The notes beneath the pieces are model-generated. The model was given only the letters and a program-made list of their open reading frames with translations. It did no database searches and was not told the origin of the DNA. From positions 4,348 to 68,347 of the forward strand of contig CAJWQJ010000004.1 in the NCBI GenBank assembly GCA_913045315.1: a DNA stretch of 64,000 nucleotides, read 5' to 3'. This document shows, piece after piece, positions 51,018-59,135 of this stretch; the stretch's first letter is position 1; the number at the start of each line of letters is the position of its first letter. This DNA comes from an uncultured Chloroflexota bacterium. GTDB lineage: Bacteria > Chloroflexota > Dehalococcoidia > Lucifugimonadales > UBA1127. Made by a program: the position numbers and the translations under genes.

Positions 51018-51746
51018 GTGGCTAATAATTTTGAATCAATAATATTAGAGAAAAAAAGTTCCATTCTAACTATTACACTAAACAGACCAGACATTCTTAA
51101 CGCATATAACATCCAAATGCGCGATGAAATGTGGCAAGCACTTTTGGCAATCAAAGATGATCTAGAAGTAAAAGTAATCATTTTAAAAGGAGCTGGAGAA
51201 AAAGCTTTCTGTGCTGGAGCTGATTTAACAGAATTCACAACTGCCCCGTCACAAACTATTGCCAGACAAGTCAGAAGACTTCGTCCAATTTGGGAACTTT
51301 GGGCATCTATCAGAAAACCATTTATATGTGCTCTTCATGGTTATGTAATTGGTTCAGGCTTAGAAATGGCATTATTATGTGACATCAGAATTGCTAGCCC
51401 AGAAGTAAAAATTCGATTGCCAGAAGTTGCACTTGGTATGCTTCCTGCCGCAGGCGGCTCACAAACACTTACAAAACTAACAGGAATAAGTACCGCGAGT
51501 AAAATGTTACTAACTACAAATACCATTTCTGCAAATGAAGCTTTACAAATGGGAATTATTTCAAAAATTATCAAGGCTTCAGAATTACAATCTGAAGTCG
51601 AACATATCGCCGAACATATTGCTGGAATAAATATAAACAATACCCAATCTCTTTTAAATTTAGTGAAAACAGGTAATGATATCAGTCTTAGTCAAGGATT
51701 AGAATTAGAGAAAAATGTTAATTTGAAGAATAGTAAACATTTTTGA
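51018..51746 (+). CDS. Enoyl-CoA hydratase/isomerase family protein
   Basis: ITLNRPDILNAY...GAGEKAFCAGADL...HGYVIGSGLE. GTG start. Confidence 0.8.
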   Translation: MANNFESIILEKKSSILTITLNRPDILNAYNIQMRDEMWQALLAIKDDLEVKVIILKGAGEKAFCAGADLTEFTTAPSQTIARQVRRLRPIWELWASIRKPFICALHGYVIGSGLEMALLCDIRIASPEVKIRLPEVALGMLPAAGGSQTLTKLTGISTASKMLLTTNTISANEALQMGIISKIIKASELQSEVEHIAEHIAGININNTQSLLNLVKTGNDISLSQGLELEKNVNLKNSKHF

Positions 51747-51831
51747 TTTATTACAAAAAAATTATGAAAAGTTGGCTAAATAATATTTTAAGGTTAATAT
51801 TATCCACCGAAATCCATACCAGGAGGGAAAT

Positions 51832-53400
51832 TTGAATACTGGAGAGTTTATAACGATTACTGCTGCAATTGTTCCTGAAAGGGAAGCAGTTGTATTCGAG
51901 AATACGCGTTTAAATTTTGAAGAATTAAATGATAGAGTAAATCGCTTGGCAAACGGTCTGACAGATCTAGGCATAGGATCAGGTGATCGTATTGCAACAA
52001 TGGATGTAAACACAAATGCCATGGTCGAAGTCATTTTTGCTTGTGCAAAAATAGATGCTGTTTTTCTTCCATTAAACTTCAGGGCTAAACCAGAAGAAAT
52101 AAGTTTTATGCTTAACGATGCAGAGGCAAAAGCAGTATTTGCAGGTAGTCGATACCTAGACATGCTAGACTCATTAAGACCAGAAACAAAGACAGTCGAC
52201 ACTTACATAGCATTTGAAGGTTCTAAAGATGGTTGGACTGAATATGAAGGAATAATATCATCTTCTGCAGATGATGAAGTTTTCGGAACTGCGGATGAAG
52301 ATGATCTAGCTGTACTAATGTTCACAGCTGGAACAACTGGAACTCCAAAGGGCGTTATGCTTTCTCATAACAGTTTTTCGTCATTTATTCTAGCCAACGT
52401 TGAACCACCAGATCCAGAAACAGAAGAAAAGAATCTACTTACAGTTCCATTAAATCACATAGCTGGATTACAAGCAGTGATGGCAGCAATTTATGGTGGT
52501 CGAACGCTTATCATTCATCGACAATTTGATCCAGTAGATTGGATGAAGTCTGTACAAAATGAAAAAGCTGACCGTGCAATGATGGTGCCAACAATGCTCA
52601 AGAACCTAATGGATCATGAGGAATTCGGTCAATATGATTTATCAAGCATGAAGGTAATCACTTACGGAGCAGCTCCGATGCCATTAGAAGTAATTAAAAA
52701 AGCTATGATTGAGTTAAAAGGATGCAAATTCATCAACGCTTTTGGGCAAACTGAGGGTGCAGGAACTATAACCATGCTTTCCCCTGATGATCATGAGATA
52801 CCTGAAGGATTATCCGAAGAAGAAACAGAAAAACGACTCAAACGACTAGCCTCAATTGGTAAAGCACTTCCAGACGTTGAGGTTCGTATAGTTGATGAAG
52901 AAGGCAATGACGTTCCGGTAGGTGAATCAGGAGAAATTGTTGCTCGAGGTCCTCGTTTAATGAAAGGATACTGGAATAGATCCGAAGCAAACGCAGATAC
53001 TATGCGTGGAGGATGGTTATATACCGGGGATATTGCATATTTTGATGACGAAGGTTACATATTCATTTCAGGAAGAAGCAAGGACTTCATCAAACGTGGT
53101 GGAGAAATGATCGCTCCTGAAGAAGTTGAGCAATGCCTTATGTCTCACCCATCCGTTGATGAAGCAGCAATTATTGGCATACAAGATGTGACCTGGGGAG
53201 AACGAGTTCGTGCCGTTTGTGTCTTACGCGGTGATCAAGAAAAACCATCTGAAGATGATCTCATAGAATATTGCAGACAACGCATGTCAAGCTTTAAGAA
53301 ACCAGAGTCCATAGTATGGGTATCAGAATTGCCAAGAAATCAGATGGGCAAAGTTCTTAAAAACGTATTACGTGAAGAACATAGCCACCCAATCGAATAA
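51832..53400 (+). CDS. AMP-dependent acyl-CoA synthetase/ligase
   Basis: AMP-binding motif FTAGTTGTPKGVMLSH, then YGAAP, TGDIAYFDDEGYIFISGR, and C-terminal ELPRNQMGKVLK. Confidence 0.85.
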   Translation: MNTGEFITITAAIVPEREAVVFENTRLNFEELNDRVNRLANGLTDLGIGSGDRIATMDVNTNAMVEVIFACAKIDAVFLPLNFRAKPEEISFMLNDAEAKAVFAGSRYLDMLDSLRPETKTVDTYIAFEGSKDGWTEYEGIISSSADDEVFGTADEDDLAVLMFTAGTTGTPKGVMLSHNSFSSFILANVEPPDPETEEKNLLTVPLNHIAGLQAVMAAIYGGRTLIIHRQFDPVDWMKSVQNEKADRAMMVPTMLKNLMDHEEFGQYDLSSMKVITYGAAPMPLEVIKKAMIELKGCKFINAFGQTEGAGTITMLSPDDHEIPEGLSEEETEKRLKRLASIGKALPDVEVRIVDEEGNDVPVGESGEIVARGPRLMKGYWNRSEANADTMRGGWLYTGDIAYFDDEGYIFISGRSKDFIKRGGEMIAPEEVEQCLMSHPSVDEAAIIGIQDVTWGERVRAVCVLRGDQEKPSEDDLIEYCRQRMSSFKKPESIVWVSELPRNQMGKVLKNVLREEHSHPIE

Positions 53401-53405
53401 TTTGT

Positions 53406-53439
53406 AAAGCAAGAGGGTAGATTTCTATTCTCTTGCTTT
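53406..53439 (+). terminator. Rho-independent terminator-like hairpin after the acyl-CoA synthetase gene
   Basis: aaagcaagag / ctcttgcttt with a 14-nt loop. The 3' arm ends in TTT and is followed by A-rich sequence. Confidence 0.5.
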
Positions 53440-53504
53440 AAATACAAGATATCAATGTTTCGAGTCCATTACCCGCCAATTCCTTTTTAGGATTCTCATT
53501 TAGC

Positions 53505-54213
53505 ATGAACGGAAAACTCATCGGACTAATCCTTTTTTCCGCAATGCTCATATTGTTAGTGGCTTGTGATGGAGGTGGTGCAAAGCCTGCAACTCTTGAA
53601 CCTACTACAACATCTGTGCCTAGTAATACGCCAACACCTGAGCCCTACTGCAAATGTTATCGACCAAACCATAACGCCACCAAAGTTTGAAGTTCTTAGG
53701 AAGCATCCAAAGTATGACTGTATGAATGTTGAAATGAACATGTTCATCGGAGTTTTTGGGATGTACGTTATTGCACCTGATGCAGCACCTAGGGATTATG
53801 TTATTCATACGGCCAATATCCTAGCTCAGCACATAGACAATGACGAGGATGGAATACTTGATGATGCTGATGTATTACAACATTTAGTTGAAAACAATTA
53901 TGTGGTTCCTGTATGGACTACTCATGATCGAGAAGATTTTTGGAAGGAAGCAAGAGATACATACTGTGAAGATAATACCAGTATGCGGGCAAGTATGTAT
54001 TACGATGAGGACGAATGAGTACTTGCAGTAATTAAGAAAAAAGGAACGTGGGATGGAAATCTTGAAGAAGTGTGGCATGTAGTTACTGCAGGTTGGTCAG
54101 AGGTGCTTATCCAGAAAGCTTTTGGTATAGATAACCCTTCACTTTTAACAGATGCTATGGATGTTGCTCGGGGTGAATATTTTGAAGATGTTCCTTCAAA
54201 ATATCCTTCTTAA
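53505..54213 (+). pseudogene. Disrupted lipoprotein gene (one frameshift and one in-frame TGA)
   Basis: The first frame gives a signal peptide plus lipobox (LLVAC) and a PT-rich stretch, then stops at 53690. Plausible coding continues in the next frame from about 53645 to the TGA at 54016-54018. The same frame then stays open for 64 more codons to the TAA at 54211-54213. Confidence 0.6.
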
Positions 54214-54244
54214 ACTTGGTATACGTATTACGACGAATCATGTG

Positions 54245-54284
54245 GATAACGCATGTCAAGGTTTAAGAAACCAGAGTCCATAGT
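54245..54284 (+). repeat. 40-bp remnant copy of an internal 3' segment of the acyl-CoA synthetase gene
   Basis: 38/40 identity to 53276-53315 (gacaacgcatgtcaagctttaagaaaccagagtccatagt). It would translate RMSRFKKPESIV, versus RMSSFKKPESIV in the intact gene. Confidence 0.8.
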
Positions 54285-54348
54285 GGTGGCATAGTATTCT
54301 AAAGAAATTAAGAAGTGGATCAAAAATTAATATTTAAACTGAAAAAAT

Positions 54349-55362
54349 TTATCCACGGAAAATTAATATTGCAGCTGAAATATAACCAATAATCAATATA
54401 GGAAATAGCCATTTACCGCCGAAAAGTTTTACAAGAACTGTTCCTCTCGATTGGGCAAATGAGATGATTATTAATGTACTTAATATCGCCATCAAGCAAC
54501 TAAATATATGAATATTATTTATATGTCCCCAAAAAGAGGATTTAGTTAAAAATAAGTCATCCCCAAATAAAACAACACATGTATTAAAAAGGTTGCTTCC
54601 AAATAAATTAGAAACTGCTAAATCAGTTTTCATTTTATACATTGCCATGATCACTGTAGCTGCCTCAGGAAGAGAAGTGGCAATAGCTAAGAATTGAGTC
54701 CCAACAAATCCTTTGTTCCAATTCATAAGTATTGATAAATTGTCACCGCTATAGGATAAAAGACTTGCAGCGGCAAAAGTGACAATTGCAGCAATTAAAT
54801 ACTTATTAATTGCAAACACCAACCGTCTAGATACTTTAACTGACTCATTATTTACGCTATCCTCATTCCGATCACTTTTATAAACTGAATACATAGCGTA
54901 AATAAAGAATAAAATTATAAATATTGAGAAAGGACTTATCATGAGTCCAAATAAGGAAAATTCATAAGTTGAAAAACTCTCAACACTTATTATCGTAGAG
55001 GTAATTAATATAGCGACCAAGCTAAATAGACCTAGAATTACAGTAGAACGTTCGACTGTATGCATGATAGGTAACCCTCGCCAAAAAAAATCGCAAGCCC
55101 CAATTAAAAGCAAATTGAACATATTACTTCCAAAAACATCTCCTGCTGCCAATTCAGGTTCATTAACCAACAAAATTGAAGTCGCACCTGTACCTAATTC
55201 TGGTAGAGAAGTAGCAGTAGCAAGAAGTAATACTCCAACAAAAGTCTGTCCTAAATTCAGTTCCTGCGAAATAATATCAACACTTGATACTAAATGATGA
55301 GCAGCAATAAAAATAATAATTCCGGCAAAAATTAATTGTGCCCAAACTAAAAGAATCTCCAA
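54349..55362 (-). CDS. Ca2+:cation antiporter (CaCA / sodium-calcium exchanger family)
   Basis: Two alpha-repeat motifs, ATATSLPELGTG and IATSLPEAATV. About 10 hydrophobic segments. Confidence 0.8.
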   Translation of the reverse strand: MEILLVWAQLIFAGIIIFIAAHHLVSSVDIISQELNLGQTFVGVLLLATATSLPELGTGATSILLVNEPELAAGDVFGSNMFNLLLIGACDFFWRGLPIMHTVERSTVILGLFSLVAILITSTIISVESFSTYEFSLFGLMISPFSIFIILFFIYAMYSVYKSDRNEDSVNNESVKVSRRLVFAINKYLIAAIVTFAAASLLSYSGDNLSILMNWNKGFVGTQFLAIATSLPEAATVIMAMYKMKTDLAVSNLFGSNLFNTCVVLFGDDLFLTKSSFWGHINNIHIFSCLMAILSTLIIISFAQSRGTVLVKLFGGKWLFPILIIGYISAAILIFRG

Positions 55363-55415
55363 CTTTTTACCTCTATCCTAGAAGAAAAATTCAAACAAAT
55401 TTAATGAAAACCATA

Positions 55416-56465
55416 CTAATCCATTGGTTTTTGAGCAATAATTAAGTCGCGATTACCTCGTAGAACTTGAACAGATATATTTACAAAACCTATTCTTTCT
55501 AACATATCGCTATAAACACTTGAAGGACGTTCTTGTCCTCCAGTCGAAACTAAAGTCTGTAAATCTAATAATGTTGCTTGTAATGGACCAGTTCGCTCTT
55601 CATCTAATAATTTTTCACAAACTAATATCGCTCCATTCGGTTCAAGTGCTTTAAAGCAATTTCTTAAAATTATGTCGCACTGTTTATCTGACCAATCGTG
55701 AAGAACCCATCCAAGAGAAATAACATCTGCTACATTAGGCAAACTATCTGTTTCAAAAAAATCGCCTGATATGGTTTTTATGCGATCACCTAAATTATGT
55801 GATTGTATATAATGATCAGCTACTAAACAAACTTGTGGGAGTTCGAAAACAATACCATTTAATTCATTGTGTCTCTGTGTTGCAGCAATAGCCAATGCTC
55901 CAGATCCACCACCAACATCCATCAAGCAACGATAATTATTGAAATCAAAAGCCTCAACAATTTCTTTTGCAGCAAGTAAAGATAAATTGTGCATTCCTCT
56001 AGCAAAAGAACGTATTGTAGGTAAATCAGCATATACATTTTGCATCATATCAAATCCGGAACCAAAAACTTGACTTACTCTAGGAGAATTTTCACGAATT
56101 GCATCAGGAAGAAATTGCCATAATCTCCATTGAAGATGACTTAAATGTTCTGTATGTCCACCAAGGTAATCTGGGGAATCAGTTACTAGAAACCTTTGAG
56201 TAGGTTTTGAATTGCTGTAACGAATTCCATCGAAAACCAAAAGATCAACTGCTACTAGAGCATTAAGAAGTCTTGGCAGGGCACTGGGATGAAGCCTAAG
56301 TTTGTACGCAAGAACTTCTGAGCTAGATGACCCTTTAGAAAGTTCATCAAAGATTCCTAATTCAATTGCTGTAAAAAGGACCTTCGATATCCAAAAACCG
56401 AAAAACATTCCTTGTATTCGCTCTTCAGAAAAATCCTCTTCATGGGTATTGCTCATAGAATACAA
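55416..56465 (-). CDS. SAM-dependent O-methyltransferase (class I, dimerisation domain plus Methyltransf_2-like)
   Basis: LMDVGGGSGALAIA SAM motif. 349-aa length and an N-terminal winged-helix-like dimerisation region are typical of small-molecule OMTs. Confidence 0.7.
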   Translation of the reverse strand: MYSMSNTHEEDFSEERIQGMFFGFWISKVLFTAIELGIFDELSKGSSSSEVLAYKLRLHPSALPRLLNALVAVDLLVFDGIRYSNSKPTQRFLVTDSPDYLGGHTEHLSHLQWRLWQFLPDAIRENSPRVSQVFGSGFDMMQNVYADLPTIRSFARGMHNLSLLAAKEIVEAFDFNNYRCLMDVGGGSGALAIAATQRHNELNGIVFELPQVCLVADHYIQSHNLGDRIKTISGDFFETDSLPNVADVISLGWVLHDWSDKQCDIILRNCFKALEPNGAILVCEKLLDEERTGPLQATLLDLQTLVSTGGQERPSSVYSDMLERIGFVNISVQVLRGNRDLIIAQKPMD

Positions 56466-56473
56466 TACTCACT

Positions 56474-58636
56474 TTAAGAACTTGGAACATCATCGCCGAG
56501 ACTTTCCACAAGTAACTCTAAGATATCCTTTGCCTTCTTTGTTTCAGATACTCCCTTTGAACCAACGCCTTCATTCATCATTTGCAAACAAAAAGGGCAA
56601 GAAGTTCCAACAGTTTCTGCTTCTGTCTCCAAGAAATGTTCTGTGCGAATGTGATTGACTTTCGTTCCAGGTTCATCCATCCACATTCGACCACCACCTG
56701 CTCCACAACAAAAACCACGTTCTCGATTTCTAGGCTCCATTTCAACTAAAGTTACCCCAGGAATTGAATTTACTATTTCCCTTGGTGGATCAAAAATCCT
56801 ATTATGTCTCCCTAAGTAGCAGGAATCATGGTAAGCAAGTGTTGTATCAATAGTTTTTATTGGCTTTAATCGGCCATCTTTTATCAAATCAGCTACATAT
56901 TCAGTATAGTGAAGCACTTCAAATTCTCCACCAAATTGTGGATATTCATTTTTTATTGTATTAAAGCAATGAGGGCAAATAGTTATTATCTTTGGCTTTC
57001 CATAATTAGAAATGGTTGTAATATTCTGTTCAGCCATAATCTGAAAAAGATACTCATTTCCCATTCTGCGAGCCGGATCACCAGTACATGTTTCTTCATC
57101 CCCCAAAATCGCATATTTAACTTTAGCAAGTTTAAAAATTGAAGCCATCGCTTTAGGAATTGCTTGACTTCGTTGCTCCAAAGCACCTGTACAACCAACC
57201 CAAAATAAGACTTCAATCTCTGGGTTATCTGCCATAACTGGAACATCAAGTCCTTCAGTCCAATCAGTTCTGGTGAAAGATGTGCCTCTCCAGGGATGAC
57301 CACGTTGTTCCATACTTAAGAGTGCACCCTCAGCTGTAGCAGGCATTCTTGCCTCTTCCATTACAAGATATCGACGCATATCTACAATACTATCAATATG
57401 CTCAATAAAAACAGGGCAGGCTTCCATACAAGCCCTACAGGTTGTACAAGACCAAAGAACATCTTCAGTAACAGCATCAGATACCATTGAAACAGGTTCA
57501 CCTAAAGGTGCCTTTTCACTTTCCAAATCATCGGTGGGCAAAAGTCTTATCCAAGGTTTGGAATCTCCGTTACGCTCCTCGATAATTTCAGGACCCCGAG
57601 CCACCATGTATTTTTTCATATCCTGAATAAGTTTTCTAGGAGAAAGAGGTTTTCCACTAGCATATGCAGGACATTGATCCTGACAACGACCACAATTGGT
57701 ACATGCATCATAATCAAGCAGTTGTTTCCAAGTTAGATCGGTAATTTCACTTGCTCCAAACCTTTCAAGTGTTTCAATATCTCCCATCGGTCGGAGGGCA
57801 CCAAGTGGTCGATCAGACCTAAGAAATGCATTTAAAGGAGCAAAAAATATGTGTGCTATCTTCGTAAATCTAAAAGTAATATATACATAACTTATGGTAA
57901 CAAGAATCACGTGCAGCCAATAAATAATAAAATGACTGACCTCACCTCCATACTGTGTAATACCGCCGGCTCTAAAAGCCAATGCAAACAAATAGCCAAT
58001 AAAAGACCATGGTGCTGCAGCAGGGTCATATAAGTCACTCTGAGGATTTAGTTCAGTAACTGCAATTCTCAAACCTTCAACCAAAAACCCACTTATTAAT
58101 AATAATCCAATTAGTGACAAAATAATGCCATCATCGACAAAAGTATTAAGTCGATCCGGTTTCATCACATATCTACGCCAAACTGCCATCGCCAATCCGA
58201 TGGAAGCGAAAAGACCTCCACCTATATCCCAAAGCAAGCTAAACTGATTTCGTGCATAAACTGTAGGTATCTCAAATCCAACTGTTGGAGCTACATATTT
58301 ATGCCAATTCCATTCTACAGCTCCTAGAGTTGTAGCAAAAATTAAAATTATGAAACCCCAAAAAAGAAAAAAATGCATTAGGCCAGGAAAAAGCTCTCTC
58401 TTTAAAAATCTTCTATGCCCAAAGATATCCAATCCAGCTAAACGAATTGAACGAGAAATTCTTGGTCCCCATGGACCCAAATCTGGCATAGCTCGACCAA
58501 GCATCCAAACTCTTAATCTTGTCCAAAAAGCATAGGTCAAACAAACCATAAGCACACCCATAGTCAGGTATACCAACACTCCCAAAAAAGGATACCCTAT
58601 ATTCCAGTATTCTGGTCTTCCAGGTAGATCAGGCAT
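56474..58636 (-). CDS. Membrane-bound Fe-S oxidoreductase: NarI/HdrE-like polytopic N-domain fused to an HdrD/GlpC-like domain
   Basis: The first ~280 aa contain multiple TM helices. Two ferredoxin motifs follow (CTNCGRCQDQCP, CTTCRACMEACP), then Cys-rich CCG-type motifs (e.g. FCCGAGGG). I prefer the ATG at 58636 (AGGAGG 4 nt upstream) to the ORF-track start at 58684. Confidence 0.75.
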   Translation of the reverse strand: MPDLPGRPEYWNIGYPFLGVLVYLTMGVLMVCLTYAFWTRLRVWMLGRAMPDLGPWGPRISRSIRLAGLDIFGHRRFLKRELFPGLMHFFLFWGFIILIFATTLGAVEWNWHKYVAPTVGFEIPTVYARNQFSLLWDIGGGLFASIGLAMAVWRRYVMKPDRLNTFVDDGIILSLIGLLLISGFLVEGLRIAVTELNPQSDLYDPAAAPWSFIGYLFALAFRAGGITQYGGEVSHFIIYWLHVILVTISYVYITFRFTKIAHIFFAPLNAFLRSDRPLGALRPMGDIETLERFGASEITDLTWKQLLDYDACTNCGRCQDQCPAYASGKPLSPRKLIQDMKKYMVARGPEIIEERNGDSKPWIRLLPTDDLESEKAPLGEPVSMVSDAVTEDVLWSCTTCRACMEACPVFIEHIDSIVDMRRYLVMEEARMPATAEGALLSMEQRGHPWRGTSFTRTDWTEGLDVPVMADNPEIEVLFWVGCTGALEQRSQAIPKAMASIFKLAKVKYAILGDEETCTGDPARRMGNEYLFQIMAEQNITTISNYGKPKIITICPHCFNTIKNEYPQFGGEFEVLHYTEYVADLIKDGRLKPIKTIDTTLAYHDSCYLGRHNRIFDPPREIVNSIPGVTLVEMEPRNRERGFCCGAGGGRMWMDEPGTKVNHIRTEHFLETEAETVGTSCPFCLQMMNEGVGSKGVSETKKAKDILELLVESLGDDVPSS

Positions 58637-58824
58637 TTGGCCTCCTATTAATTTAAACCTTAACAACGTGACTAATGGAAACACTTGGGTCTAAGAACAT
58701 AACAATCTGCAAGTCCTATTAACACAAGCATTCTAAAGCTAGTAGAGCAAGGTATCAAGACATTTTTTATGAAAATATATAAAAAACTATTTTAAGAAAC
58801 ATGATTTTCAACACGTTTAGCTAT

Positions 58825-58853
58825 TTGACTTTTGAAGTTTAATACACTACAAT
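58825..58853 (+). promoter_or_regulatory. Sigma-70-like promoter candidate upstream of rpoB
   Basis: TTGACT (58825-58830), a 17-nt spacer, then TACAAT (58848-58853). It would give an rpoB leader of about 280 nt. Confidence 0.4.
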
Positions 58854-59135
58854 TACCGCTTTGTAACTAAATTTCGAAGCATAGTAGTTCTCGTTTGTAA
58901 TTAACTGAAAACCTATAGCAAGGAATCTTCATAGCGAGTTGGTGTTTGTGTGATAAAAAAATCTCCGGTTAATATGCTCGCGGATCAATCAATTTATTCT
59001 TTGTGCATATCGTTCACCCTTAATAGTGAAATGCACCCAGCAATGTTTTCTTTTAGAAACAAAAAATTCTAGTCGTTAACCTAATACGATCTTATGTCGG
59101 ATTTATTATCTATTGTATAAGGAGCACTTAATTCA

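Noticed and set aside
53566-54018. Treating the 150-aa ORF as an intact gene
   Set aside because: Its first ~25 residues are an out-of-frame reading of the lipoprotein signal/linker region. The upstream frame supplies a proper lipobox signal peptide, so a frameshifted single gene is the more economical reading.
54016-54018. TGA recoding (Trp or selenocysteine) to rescue the lipoprotein ORF
   Set aside because: TGA clearly functions as a stop elsewhere in the window, e.g. at the conserved C-terminal ends of hisH, serS and yidC. I saw no SECIS-like hairpin immediately downstream, and the gene also needs a frameshift.
54241-54357. Cluster of DnaA-box-like 9-mers as a possible oriC: perfect TGTGGATAA at 54241-54249, AGTGGATCA near 54315, TTATCCACG at 54349-54357, in an AT-rich spacer
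   Set aside because: Only one box is perfect. One lies over the stop codon of the antiporter gene and another overlaps the 5' end of the remnant repeat. There is no dnaA or dnaN nearby, and chance occurrence in 64 kb of AT-rich DNA is plausible. GC skew on the full genome would be needed.
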